This document shows positions 46,300 to 59,257 of a stretch of 64,000 nt of DNA, piece after piece. The notes under the pieces are model-generated. The model was not told the DNA's origin, searched no databases, and saw only the letters and a list, made by a program, of their open reading frames with translations. Location: contig NC_086109.1 in NCBI RefSeq assembly GCF_963921235.1, positions 12,772,001 to 12,836,000 on the forward strand. The letters run 5' to 3'. The position numbers and the translations under genes were made by a program. The DNA is from Mobula hypostoma (Eukaryota). Position 1 is the first letter of the stretch. Every line of letters begins with the position of its first letter.

Positions 46300-47250
46300 A
46301 AAAGCAAAGGGAAGGACTTATAATATTGCAAATATTAGTGGGAATGACAGAAATTTGGCAATGGCAGGGGCAGAGATGAGTGTTGTTGCTATTACTAAGC
46401 AAAACGTGCTTGAGAAGCTGAGGGATCTGAAAGTAGATGAGTCATTTGGACTAGATGTACTACATCCCAAGTTACTGAAAGAGTTATTTAAAGAAATCGT
46501 GGAGGCATTAGTGGTGATCTTTCAAGAATAATTAGACTGGAATGTTCAAAGGATTGGAAAATTGGAAGTATCACCATACTCTTTAAGAAAGGAGGGAGGC
46601 GAAAGGAAGGAAATTGTCAACCAGTTAGCATGACTTTAGTAGTTGTGAAGATGTGGGAGTCTATTATTAAGAACAGGATTTTGGGGTACTTGGAGGTATA
46701 TGATCAAAAGTGGTTTCCTTATGGGGAAATCATCCTGAAAAATCAGCCTCAGAATGCAAGGGCGTCCCTTTATTTTATTTATTTACCGATAGAGTACAGA
46801 ATAGGCCCTTCCAGCCCTTTGGGTCACAACACCGAGTGAACTCTCGACAAACCCAATTAACTGTAACATAATCACAGGGCAATCTGCAAAGAGCAGTTAT
46901 CCTAATAAGTATGTCTTTGGACTGTGGGAGGAAACAGGACCACTCGGGGAGACCCTATACATTCCACATGGAAGATGTATAGACTCTGTACATTAGAACA
47001 GAGATGAGGAGGAATTTCTGTAACCAGAGGGTGTTGAATCTGTGGAATTCAATACCATACATGGCTTTTGAGGCCAAGACATTGAGTATATTTAAAGCGT
47101 ACTTAATAGTTTCTTGTTTAGGAAAGGCATCAAAAGATTACGGGGAGAAATGCCAAGGATGGAATTGAGTGGGATAATAAGTCAGCCTTGATGGAATAGT
47201 GGAGCAGACTGTATAGGCCAAATGGCCTAATTCTCCTCCTATGTCTAATG
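46300..47250 (+). mobile_element. Degenerate CR1 ORF2 and 3' fragments with an embedded SINE
   Basis: VLEKLRDLKVDES...LHPKLLKE...EIVEALVVIFQE; CR1-type tail at 47200-47250. Confidence 0.65.
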
Positions 47251-49313
47251 GTCTCATTGTCTTTGGTCGTCTCTAGCTTTTGAATATCTGAGCATCCCAG
47301 GTAAATTACCAACCGCTGAAACTGGGTTTTTGTTTGTTAAATAAAAAACCTCACTCACTTTGAGACATGAGAAGGAAATCCATTTCTTCTGTGAACAAGG
47401 CTGCTGCATTTCATGATTACAACAAGGATAACAAACTTTCAAGTCCCTTTTAATCACTAAAGGAATGTCATTCCAAGGTGAGGAATGGGCTGGTGTTCAG
47501 CTTTCTGCACAGCAAGGTTTACGTGTCTTTATGCTGAACTGAGGCTGTGGTTGGCAATTAATGGCCTCATTAATTGGCTACAGTGATGACTGGCTTCTTG
47601 GCTGTGGCCTCAGTTTTGTGAATTTCAGTTCCAAATGTTATTTGCTTACTTTGATTTCTCTTTCTTCTGTATATTGGGTGTTCTATTTTTTTTGTGATTG
47701 CCTGGAAGGAGGTGAATCTCAAGGTTGTATATGGTATAGATTCTTTGATAATAAGTATACTTTGAACTTTGATTTTTGAGATTGAAGTGCAATCTGATTG
47801 GCTGTGATCCCATAAGCTGTCACATCTATGCAATGAAATAGAATTCTGAATTTATCCTTTTAAAAGCATGTTCCAGTTTAGAGAGGATGCTGCAGAGTCA
47901 GGGAGTTATAGGTTATGGACACAGGAGTTTCACCCCAAATCATCCATGCAGACCACAGTATCTTCCTGAGCTTCTCCCATTTCATTGCATTTGTCTCGTA
48001 TCCTTCTAAAACTTGCCTATTAATGAGCTTGTCCAAATGTATTTTAAATAGTGTATTTGTAACCATCTCTAGTACTTCCTCTGGCAGCCTTTTCCACGCA
48101 CACACTGCTCTGTGTGTAAAGCAAGGCTGCTCCAGGCTCTCTAAGAATTTCCCCTCACTCCTTAAGCCGAGTGTCTCTAGTTTTCAACTCCCACACCCAG
48201 GATAAAGACTGTGATCATGCACCCTACCGTTGCCCACAAAACAAAGTAACACAATAGAATCCATGTAAAACCACACACAACAAAGACTGACAAAAAGCCA
48301 ATGTGCAAGCGATGATGAATCGTGCAAATAATAAAAATACGTAAACAAATAATACATAGAAGATGAGAGGCAGAGTCTCTGAAAGCGAGTCCGCAGCTAC
48401 AGAGTCAGTTCAGTGCTGAGGCGAGTGAAACTAATCCAGGAGCCTGATAGCTGCAGGACAACAACTGTTTATTATGAACCCTGTGGTGTGGGGCCCAAGA
48501 CTCCTGCACCTTCCACCTGATGGTAGGACCGAGAAGAGAGGGAGATGGGTCAAATGCAAGCGGACAATACAGGCTCAGGTGGGGAGGGGGCAGCTTGCTG
48601 GCACTGAGTAATGGGGCTGAACACCGGCTCATTTTCAAGATCCTCGTGTAAACTTACACAACTCTTTCCACTCTCCACCACACTGCAGTGTCACCCATAA
48701 CTTATTAATCATGCCACCTACATTTTCATTCCAAATTATTAATATTGACGACAAATAAGAGTGGTTAACAAATACAACACTGATCCTGATGGCACACCAC
48801 TGGTGATAAAGTCTGATGTTGTCAGAAAACCAACACTCCACTACCAGTCTGTATCCTTCCGTCAAGCCTATTCAATATCCATCCAGCTAGGTTACCATGT
48901 GATCTCACATTACAGATCAGTCTGCTATGCAAGGTACGGTCATAAGCCCTGCTAAACAAAACAGATAAACACTTAGGTCCTGTCCTCATCAGTTCCTTTG
49001 ATTATCTCTCAAAAAAAACTCAGTCAAATATTTTTGGGAGAGGATTTCCCATGCACAATATCATGTTGACTATCCCAAATCAGATCTTGCCTTTGTAAAT
49101 TCAAGGAGATCTTGTTTCACACAATTGCCTCCAGAAAGTTAACCCCCCACTGATCTTGTGCTCACCTGCCTGGAATGGGACTGGATCAGTAATCTATTGA
49201 CTCTGAAATGTGGAAACACACTGAGACATTATTGGGCAGTGATAATGATGACTCCAATCAAATAAGAATCGTTACTTGTGAAGAGGTGTGAGCACGAGAT
49301 GAGGGACGATGCT

Positions 49314-49468
49314 AGGGCCTCTGCCCCTTCCCTCTTCAGTCCTGACGAAGGGTTCCGGCCCGAAAAGTCAACTCATCGTTTCCACGGATGCTTCCTGACC
49401 TGCTGAGTTCCTCCAGCATGTTGTAAGTGTTGCTTTGATCCCAGCATCTGCAGATTATTTTGTGTTTT
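49314..49468 (+). mobile_element. PLE 3' insertion, sense to gene C, with a mutated hammerhead (49338-49373)
   Basis: CGATGCT at 49307-13 and 49469-75 (possible TSD). Motif AGUC-CUGACGA-A-GGGU(UCCG)GCCC-GAAA-AGUC-AACU, with two changes from the family consensus. Confidence 0.65.
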
Positions 49469-49737
49469 CGATGCTGTTATCTTCTCAGTCAATGTGGAAT
49501 TCAATTACACCAATTGACAGTGTAGCAGTTTCCTTAGGACACAGTGACAGTTTTAAATTAAATATCTTTATTATGATGATTGCATTTCTTATCTTTTGTG
49601 TCAGATTCAGTGTGATAATGATTTTGTACTCCTTTACACCTTTGTACAGGAAATGACATTGAAACCATCTAGAATCTTGAATCTCCCTGTGTTGATTTGA
49701 TTTTACCTGTGCATTTTCTGAGAAACTTCTCCCTCAG

Positions 49738-50058
49738 TTTCAGGTGCCTTATGGGCAGAAGATAAAGTAAGAGGAGTTGTGGGAAGAGCGATCACAATCG
49801 ATTGTCACTATGCACCAATGTACCGTTCACACACAAAGTATTTGTGCCGCATGTGGGGTCATCAATGCACATCGTCAGTGAATACAAATGGGGCAAATGA
49901 GCAGTATGGAAGAATGACAATCAGAGATAACACAACCCAGGGAATATTTACTGTAACTATGGAGAATCTTGTCTCTAATGATACAGGACATTACAGATGT
50001 GGAATTACAACATCTGGCAATCATCCAGTGTTTGACATGCATCTACAAGTATCTGACG
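49738..50058 (+). CDS. Gene C: Ig V exon 2 (intact, CD300/pIgR type)
   Basis: cttctccctcAG|TTTCAGG...GACG|GTAGGT; 321 nt, phase 1-1. IDCHY...KYLCRMWGHQC...DTGHYRCG, including the extra C-C' cysteine pair typical of CD300/pIgR/TREM V domains. Confidence 0.9.
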
Positions 50059-50929
50059 GTAGGTTTCTTTTTGATTGACTTGATGTCTCCAATGAAATGC
50101 CTGATTCATATTTTCTCTGGGAAGAGTCAGGGCGGCAGGAATATCCGGAGGCTCCACAGCAGTGCAGAGCCCTGCAGGGAGTAGACAAGGGTAAAGAAAC
50201 CCCGCTCATGTTGCTCTCACCCAGTGCAGGGTCTGACCCACTGATGGGACACCAATTTCCAATGGAAAGCTCAGCACATTTTCCTGCCTCCGAACTCCAT
50301 GAAATGTCACCCTGTCAGAGGAGGAGGTGTTTCCCATCCTGAGGCATATCAGTGTGGAAATATCACCTGGGCCTGCTAAGGTGTTCCCTCAGACCTGACG
50401 GGAGACACGTGCAGAAAATACCTGGTCCCTGACAGACATACTGAAACTATTCTTAGCAACCGGAGAGGTACCAGAGGATCGGAGAGTAGCCAATACTGTT
50501 CTGCTGTTTAAAAAAGGCTCTAAGCATAAATTAGGAAATTGTAGGGCAGTGAATCTCACATCTCACATCAGTTGCAGGAAAATTATTGGAATGTATTCTA
50601 ACTGAGCAGATAGATATATCATATTTGGATAGACATGGGCTGATTAAGAATAGTCAGCATGGCTTCGTGTGTGGTAGTACATGTCTAATCAAACTTATAG
50701 ATTTTATCGAGAAGGTTACCAGGAAAGTGGATAAAGGCAAGACAGTGGATGTTGTTTACGTAGACTATTAGCAAAGCATTTACCCTCTCCTAAACATCCA
50801 CATCCTTTCCACAGGGTTGCAAACAGAACTACATATTATTGTTTTCGATATGACCTATCCAAAGTTTTATGAAGCTACAAAATGCCTTGTCAGCTTTAGT
50901 CTCCAACATCAATTGAATTGAATTGAATT

Positions 50930-51720
50930 GACTCTCTTCCTTATCCATCACACACGAAGAGTAAAAACCTTTATGTTGCGTCTCTGTTTGAATCTGCAAT
51001 GTGCAATTTATATTCATTTGTAGAAAATAGTATGTGCAACAGGACAGTCAATATAGCATAGAAATACAATTGTATCAGTGTGAATTCATCAGGCTAATGG
51101 CCTGGTGGAAGAAGCTGTCCCAGGGACTGTTCATCCTGGTTTTAATGCGGTGGTACCATTTCTCGGATGGTAGCAGGTGGAGCAGTTCGTAATTGGGTTG
51201 ACTTGGGTCCCCATGGATCCTTTGAGTCCACACCTGACACTGTAAATGTCCTGAATAGTGGGGAGTTCACATCCACTGATGCGCTGGACTGTCCGCACCA
51301 AACTCTGTGATTGAGTGAAGTACAGTTTGCATCCATAGCAGTGATGCAGCCAGTCAGGATGCTCTCAGTTGTGCCCCTGCAGAAAGTCGTTAGGATTTGG
51401 GGACTCATGCCAATCCTCTTCAACAGTCTGATTTGAAAGAGGTCCTGTTGTGCATTTTTCACCACACAGCCGGTCCTCGGTGATGTGTATACTGAGGAAC
51501 TTAAAGCTGTTTACCCTCTCAGCCCCAGATCCATTGAAGTCAATATGGGTGAGACTGTCTCCGTTTCTCCTGCAGACCACAACCAGCTTCTTTGTTTTTG
51601 CGACATTGAAGGAGAGATTTGTTTCTTGATACAACTGTGTCAGGGTGATGACTTCTTCTCAGTAGGCTGTCTTGTTATTATTTGAGATAAGGCCAATCAG
51701 TGTAATGTTGTCGGCAAATT
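50930..51720 (-). mobile_element. Rex1/Babar LINE 3' fragment
   Basis: Minus ORFs LSFNVAKTKKLVV...VNSFKFLSIHIT and RLLKRIGMSPQILTTFCRGTTESILTGCIT; (TTCAA)n tail near 50910-50930. Confidence 0.75.
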
Positions 51721-52619
51721 TAATTTGCAGATTTGAGCTGTGGGTCCAATAGTCAGGAGTCATCCCAATAAATCTATACTGAACTTCCTTCAATCAGTAT
51801 ATCCATCCTTAAACTGAATGAATAAAATTACGCAGAGTACTCCAGACATGGTCTCAACAACACCGCCTGCAGTGCAACAAGAATTCATTCTGTCGAAACT
51901 CCAAACCTTTTGCAATAAAGGACTGTACACCATTTGCTTTTCTTCCAAACTGTCATGCAAAAACTTTTTTTCCATTTGTTCATAAGACACCTGGATGCCT
52001 TTTTTCACTCATTTACAGTTTTTTTTATAATACTGTATTGTAGATAACAGTCTATTTTTAGGTTCCTTACACTGAGGGTCATAACCTCATACTGTCCTAT
52101 TCTCCATGTTTTGGCTCCACATTCATCTATCTATGTACAGTTGGGGAGCCCTGATATCATCATCGACCCAGACATTTTTATGTCATTGGCAATGTAGTGG
52201 TTACTTTACAAACCAAAAACTCAAGAGAGGTGGGACTCGACACTGTATGATGCATTTCCAAATAACTGTGCTCCAAGTCGAAGAAAGTACTTTGATTCTT
52301 TATTATGAAAATTCACGAGGGGAATTGATAATGTGAACATTCACAGATTTAACAAGAGCTTAGGGGCATGTTTTTCACACAGAGAGTAGTGGGTATATGG
52401 AGTGAGCTGCTAGAGGAACAGGGAAAAGTGAGTACAGTAAAAATGAATAGAAGATTTCTATACTAGCACATATATAGAAAAGGGAAATGGGACTAATACA
52501 ACCAGGTGGAATGACGAGCTCAGGCTGGTCAGTGTGAATGAGTTGAGCTGAAGGGCCTGTTCCCTTACAGTATAACACTTCGATGTTCAATGACGTTTGT
52601 CTGACCAATATTAGAACAG

Positions 52620-52820
52620 GAATAGAAGAGATTCTGCAGATGCTGGACAGCAAGAGCAACATATATAAAATTGTGGAGGAAATCAGCAGGCCAGGCAGCA
52701 TCTATGAATGAAATCAACAGTTGATGTTTCAGGCTAAGACCCTCATCAGAAATGTCGACTGTTTATACATTTCTGTAGATACTGCCAGATCTGACCAGTT
52801 CCTCCAGCATTTTGTAATAA
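52620..52820. mobile_element. Inverted pair of PLE 3' ends
   Basis: tgtggaggaaatcagcaggccaggcagcatc... is followed by its reverse complement ...gatactgccagatctgaccagttcctccagcattt. Confidence 0.55.
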
Positions 52821-52982
52821 ACTAGAGTCGCTTTGTCATTGAGAACAGAAATGTGATCCTGTTGTATAACTCTCTGATGTTAATGACATTTATCTGCCAA
52901 ATATGTCGTCATGCGCTACTGCTTGATAACATTTGGAAAACACATCCACGTGAGACTGAATTTTCATTCCTTGACTCAACAG

Positions 52983-53019
52983 GACGTGAATATTCATTTA
53001 CAACAGTGTCATCTGCAAG
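52983..53019 (+). CDS. Gene C: short stalk exon (GREYSFTTVSSA)
   Basis: cattccttgactcaacAG|GA...GCAAG|GTAAAT; 37 nt, phase 1 to 2, joining V2 to the phase-2 TM exon in frame; Ser/Thr-rich. Confidence 0.65.
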
Positions 53020-53789
53020 GTAAATCACTTGATTCAGTTTTGCTTAATGGTACAATGTTCTCATTGCTAGTTCTATGTTTGGCCCTTGCTGATATTATGC
53101 TGAATGTTCTCTGAGACCAAGCATTCTGAGTCTTCTGCCTTCTTCTTGCACACTTTATCTTCCAAATCTTTATGCAGAACTGCTCAACATTTGTTTTTTT
53201 CCTAATGCATTAATTTGTTTTATGCCCACATCATTTTTTAAATCACGATAACATACATTTTATTGTTTGAACATCTTTTTGCTTTTATGCATGCTCTGGT
53301 TGATTGATCCTGCAGTTGTTTCAATTTACAAATTCTCTATTGGCTTTTGGATTTGTACTGAAGTTTGTTGAACCTAATTCCTCCATCCCCACATAAACAC
53401 CAGTCCAGGAATAATGAGATTTTTTTTCCTGATCAACAATGATTATCTTTCTCAGTTTCATATTCATTCATTTGTTTTGTGGCGTGTTGTATGACTTGGA
53501 TGATTATGGTCTTTCCAAGACTATGATTGTTTTTGGCAAATTTTTCCAAAGAAGTTGTTTACCATTGACCTCTTATGGGCAGTGTCTTTATAAGACAGGT
53601 TATCCCAGCCATTATCAAGACACTTCAGAGATTGTCTCCCTGGCATCATTGGTCGCATAGCCAGCTGCTCATATGACCATCCAGCACCTGTCCAATGGCT
53701 TCATGCCACCCTCATCTGTAGAGTTAAGCAAATGCTACACCTTGCCCAAGGGGCAAGGGTGACCAACAGACTAGCAGAAGGAAGGAGCA

Positions 53790-55860
53790 CCTTAGATTGG
53801 GTGTTGTATAGTAACCTAGATCTTATTAGGGAGTTTAATGTAAAGGAAGCCTTAGGAGGCAGTGATCATAATACAGGTCAACTTTCATTAATCATGCACC
53901 ATTGGGACCTAAGGAGTGAAAATGCCGAATTACAGAAGGATCACATTAAGGATAATCAGTGCCAGGTTATCGAAGGAACCGGATACAGGTTGTGGGATTA
54001 GTGAAGGTCGACTGTATGATTGAATTCACACTGCAATTTGAGAGGAAGAAGCATAACTCATATGTATCAGTATCGCAAAGTGAATTACAGAGACATGAGA
54101 GAAGAGCTTGTGCAGGTGGATCGAAGGAGATGCCGGCAGGGTTGACGGCAGAGCAGAGATGGCTGAATTTTCTGAGAATAGTTCACAGGGCACAGTATAG
54201 ATATGTCCCACAGAGGAAGAATTTACAAATGGCAGCCGTAGGCAACTGTGGCTGACAAATGAAGTTAAGGGCTGCATTAAAGCCAAGGGAAGAGCATATA
54301 AGGTAGTAAAGGTGAGTGGGTAGCTGGATGATTGGGGAGCTTTTAAAATCCAAAATGAGGCAACTAAGAAAGCGATAAGAAGTGAAAAGATGAAATATGA
54401 GGGCAGACTAGTCAATAATATAAAGCAGGATACCAAAAGTTTTTCAGTTATATAAAGAGTAAAAGGGAGGAGAGAGGTGATATTAGACAACTGAAAAATT
54501 ATGCTGGTGAGCTAATAATGGGGGGGCAAAGAAATGGCAAATGAACTTAATAGGTGCTTTGCATCTGTCTTCACTGTGGAAGATACTAGCAGTGTGCCAG
54601 AGGTCCGTGAGTGTCAGGGAGCAGGAGTGAGTGCCATTGCTATTAGAAAGGAAAAGAAGTGCAAAGCAAACTCAAAGGTATTAACATGGATAAGACACCT
54701 TGACCAGATGGACTACATCCCAGAGTCCTGAGAGAGATTTCAGAAGAGATAATAGATTCATTGGTCATCATCGTTCAAGAATAACTTGATTCTGGCATGG
54801 TCCCAGAGGAATGTAAGATTGCAACTGTCACTCCATTCTTTAAGAAAGGAGGAATGCAAAAGAAAGGAAATCATAGCTCAGTTAGCCTAAACTTGTTTGT
54901 CAATGATTTAGATAACAGAGTTGACGGCTTTGTGGCAAAGTTTGCTGATGGTAGAAAGGTAGGTGCAGTGGTAGGTAGTGCTGAGGAAGCAAAGCGATTG
55001 CAGCAGGACTTAGTCCAAATTGGAAGAATGGGCAGAGTGTGGCAGATGGAATACAGTGTGGGGAAATGTATGATAACGCATTTTTTTAAAAGGAACAATA
55101 GTGCGCACCGTTATCTAACTGGGGAGAAGTTTCAAACATCATAGTTGCAGAGGGACTTAGGAGACCTCGTGTAAGACTCCCAGAGGTTAATTTACAGGCT
55201 GAAACTGTGGTAAAGAAGGCAAATGCAATTTTGTTATTTCTTTCAAGGGGAAGAGAATATAAAAGCAAAGAGATAATGTTGAGTCTTTATAAGACACTAA
55301 TCAGGCTGCACTTGGACTTGAATATTCTCTACAGTTTTGGGTCCCATATCTCAGAAAGAATATGTTGTCTTTGGAGAAAATCCAGACAAGTTCACGAGGA
55401 TGATTCCTGGGATGAAGGACATAACATATGAGGACCCTCTGGCAGCTTTGGGACTGTACTAAATGGAATTCAGAAGAATGTATGGGGATTTCATCAAACC
55501 TACCAGATGCAGGAAGGACTAGATAGGGGTAATGTGGAGAGGCTGTTTCCTATGGTGGGGGCTATTCAGAACTAGAGGGCACAGCCTCAAAATTCAGCTC
55601 TGACCCTTTAGAACGGAGGTAAGGAGGAAATTTTTAGCCAGAGAGTAGTAAATCTGTAGAATGCTGAACCACAGATTGTGGTGAAGGCCAAGTCCGTGTG
55701 TATATTTAAGGCCGAAGTGGATCGTTTCCTGATGGGGCAGGGCGTCAAAGGATATGGCGAGAAGGCAGGTGTATGGAGCTGAGTGGAATCCAGGATCAGC
55801 CGTGACGAAATGGCAGAGCAGACTCGATGGGATGAATGGCCTGATTCTGCTCCTTTGTCT
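53790..55860 (+). mobile_element. Degenerate CR1 ORF2 with internal deletion and 3' tail
   Basis: Pieces MANELNRCFASVFTVED, TPFFKKGG, VAKFADG, VKKANAIL, with many stops and frameshifts; CR1 tail at 55800-55860. Confidence 0.85.
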
Positions 55861-56378
55861 TCGGGTCTTACACCTCTGGTAGAGATGTATTTCCGCCCCA
55901 CAACTCCATATTAATCATTCTAATTTTTCTGCATTATTTCACGTCCCTTCTCCCTTTCACCATCAGTCACGCATCATTTATTATCTTTCACATCTATCCA
56001 TGTGCACTCTATCACTGTCTTCCTTACGGCAGTGTCCACTTCCTTCAATTGTATTTCTTTATCATCGTCGCACCTCTGCACTTCACCATTTCTTTCTCTT
56101 CCTTCACAAAATTTATTTTTACTTTGCAATTTCTGATTCGCAGTCCTCATTTTCCCAGCAGTCATGTCCCAGTAATTAGGTCTGTAACTGACGATCACAG
56201 GTTATTTTCTCTCTCTCAGTTGAACACTCGTTTATTCTCCTGTTTGAACTCCCCCGGCTCAGCTGCTTTACCTCACTCCACTCCACCGAGATTACAGCAG
56301 AAACAGGAGGCAAATGATTGAAACACAATGCTGCCCCATTTCCTTGCACTGATTCTATATCTCTTCCCCTTTGCTCAG

Positions 56379-56469
56379 TTTCATGATATGGAAGGTGGGC
56401 CGTTGGCTGCTCTTCGCTCTCCTGATGTTCAGCACGAGTTCAGTCCTGTGGTTCACAAGAGAAACTGAG
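56379..56469 (+). CDS. Gene C: transmembrane exon with Lys and Arg (FMIWKVGRWLLFALLMFSTSSVLWF-TRETE)
   Basis: ctcttcccctttgctcAG|T...GAG|GTAGGC; 91 nt, phase 2 to 0; hydrophobic segment with K and R three residues apart. Missed by the ORF track. Confidence 0.8.
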
Positions 56470-56668
56470 GTAGGCTTATGGATATCAGTGGAATCACTTT
56501 CAAATATACTGCTCATGATATAACTCAGCTTTGACATGCTCTCTTGTGTGTGGAATGCTTAATGTCAATGTATAGAATGCTTGTTTCAGACGGAATTTCG
56601 TAGTGAGTGAAATAGAGCAGAGATCCCATTGTCAAAAATTCTCATGGATTGATCATTGCCTTTTCCAG

Positions 56669-56710
56669 AGACGTGAAGAATCTGATCCTCACAGCACGGT
56701 GGTCCAGGAG
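56669..56710 (+). CDS. Gene C: short cytoplasmic exon (RREESDPHSTVVQE)
   Basis: cattgccttttccAG|AGA...GAG|GTAAAG; 42 nt, phase 0-0. Read-through gives VK-stop. Confidence 0.6.
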
Positions 56711-57196
56711 GTAAAGTGAAGACTCCCAGATTACACTGACTGTGCTGCAATTTTGCATCAAGAACAAATATTAGTTTTTCTGCCCACTTTGTGCTGTGAG
56801 AATTCAACTGCTGTCTCCGTGAAGATAAAAAATAACAAGACAATGTCGTCATCCTTCAAGGCAGTGACTTTGATTTTTGAATTCCTTCTCCAACATGTTA
56901 CCCTCAAGGATATCAATATAGTGGCAGTTTTCCCAATGCTTCCTTCATCACCACAGCTAAAAATTTAACCCTTACATACCTCTGAAATGATTAACACCCT
57001 TTTACATGGTTAAACTTTGTTCTATGGATTCAAATGCCCGCAGATGTTTTTTATTCTCATAACCAATCAATGCTAATCAATTAAGATGCTTCTTCATAAA
57101 CTGATATTATCAAGAAAGGGGTTTGTTTCAAACTGAAATGCATTTATGGGAAATAGATAACATTCAGGCTCCTGGACTTCCCTTTGTTGTCTGCAG

Positions 57197-57202
57197 CTGT
57201 GA
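57197..57202 (+). CDS. Gene C: candidate terminal coding segment (L-stop)
   Basis: ttccctttgttgtctgcAG|CTG TGA in phase 0; AATAAA at 57513. Weak evidence. Confidence 0.3.
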   Translation: M

Positions 57203-58974
57203 ATCTTCAGGAAAGAGAAGCAGTTGATTGCTCATTCTGATATTCCATCAGAACACATTTATGAAGTATTAGCTTGACTTTTATCTCTTCAGAAGCTGTC
57301 GGACATACTGGGTATTTGTATTATTCAAAGATTTCATTTCAGATAGGTACATATTCATGGTTCATAGTTCAAGTTTTATTGTCAATCAGCCACCATACAT
57401 GAATATGCATGAATACAGACAAATGAAACAGTGTTACTCTGGGGCCAAGGTACAAAACATAGTACCAATATTCACACACGGCACAAAGTACCTATAACAT
57501 ATTTAAGATATTAATAAAATACAGTCACGATGATCGAAAATGCCACCATCTTATTTTGCTTGTGTGTTCAGAAATATTGTTAATGTCCAGCAGGCTCTGG
57601 TGTTTGTAAAAACTACATTTAAAATGGGCAATAATACATTTGGTTGAGCTCATAGAAGCCACAACAATTGAACATGCCACTATCTTACTTTGCTTTTGTG
57701 TTCAGAAATATTGCTACACAGCGATTGCTGTGAAGAATTATTCAATATGGTACTATTGATGTCACTGTAGAAAGGTGTTAAAGGACAAAGAGCAATAGAA
57801 AGTAATATAGGGAGCTGAATAAAATGAGTGATGCACAACTTGTTGCATCTTGTATCAGTCAACGGGTTGTGAAATTCCAAACAGGAGATGTGGTGTACAT
57901 CAAAGCTGATCTGTGACTGTAACCCAAAATTGTACAATAAACCATCTTATTTAAAAATGACAGAAGAAGAACTCCATTGTTGTAATCATGAAGTTCGAAA
58001 ACGTAATTACTTACTCCTAATCAGGTACAAATGATCAGGTGACATAACGTCCTTCACCTGATTTGTGAGAAAGTGATGCAATATGACCAGAGTCTGTTTT
58101 GAGTTCCTAACCTCTTCAGGTCACGGTTATCTCATGAGTGTTGATTAGCCACAGATACTTCCAGATTCAGTTACCCCACTGATGGGATGGATTGCCTTAA
58201 AATGGAGCCTTACACTATCATTGGGCATCACAAAGCACAGAGTGGTAAACATTGCAAGATTCCACAGTTCAATTTACAGGATTGAGTTTTGCTTTGAGCA
58301 AATATGATTAAACAACATTTTTACGCACTTCATTGAATTGCTGTAAAATGTTGAAACTCTAATCCACCAGTGAAACACAGGATGTGATTCATATCTGCAC
58401 ACTTGTTCTCATCAGCACCTGGTACTGTGGTTTGCTGAGCTGTTTTCTGATGTGATGAGGCATTCAAGGAAGAGGATGGAAGAAGTTCTCATTCTGGAGT
58501 ACCCACTGCAGTATCTCCACATTGTGTTTCATAAGGAAAGTACAGAGGGCAGAGGTTCCAGACAAAGATCTTTACGGGAAATAACCATCAAACAGCTAAC
58601 AAGAGTGCCTGCCTGATACAACAATCTCAATGTTCATACGATGTGATGCACACAATTCATGCAGTCCTGTGAGTCTGTTGGGGGCATCTACTAGGGTCTT
58701 TTAAGAGTCACCTAGATAGGTACATGTAGCTTAGAAAAATAGAGGGTTATGGGTAACCCTAGGTAATTCCTAAAGTAAGTACACGTTCGGCACAGCATTG
58801 TGGGCCAAAGGGCCTTTATTGTGCTGTGGGTTTTCTATATTTCTATATACAGTACCTTCGGTCGCCTCTTTATCATGTACCTCCTACACCTGATAAAGTG
58901 ACTACTGAGTGTATATTTGTGGTCCCCTGCTGCTAAAGACGATCCATTTCGAGGTTTGATTTGTTGTGCTTCTA

Positions 58975-59257
58975 CTCACCCCTGTCATAACACACGGTTG
59001 TTTGAATTACTGTCACATTCCTCCCAACTTGAACCAGTCTGCTGCTCTCCTCAGACTTCTCTCTTTAACAAGGCGTGTTTGTCACAGATCTGACGCGCTG
59101 ATATTTTATTTTTTAGTTTTTTGCACCATTCTCTAAAATCTCCGGAAACTTGTGTATGAAAATTCCAGGAGATCAGCATTTTCTGAGATACTCAAACAGC
59201 CCTGTCTGGCATCAATCATCATTCCACGGTCAAAGTCACTTCGATCATATTTCTTCA
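58975..59257 (-). mobile_element. Tc1 transposase 5' remnant
   Basis: Minus ORF ...DRSDFDRGMMIDARQGCLSISENADLLEFS resembles a Tc1 transposase N-terminal HTH region. Confidence 0.7.

Noticed and set aside
47372-47410. EIHFFCE, resembling the gene A stalk (PIHFCE), after the gene C C2 exon
   Set aside because: Only about 10 nt of identity; nearby AG acceptors give stop-containing or unrelated frames, and there is no matching donor. At best a decayed relic.
52911-53114. Hydrophobic ORF end (MFSLLVLCLALADIMLNVL) as the gene C TM
   Set aside because: It is in a different frame from the spliced stalk exon and lies past the 53020 donor; a better TM exon with correct phase exists at 56379.
56586-56852. 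Minus-strand 88-aa ORF as an antisense gene
   Set aside because: No domain, no splice support; it is simply the complement of the gene C tail region.
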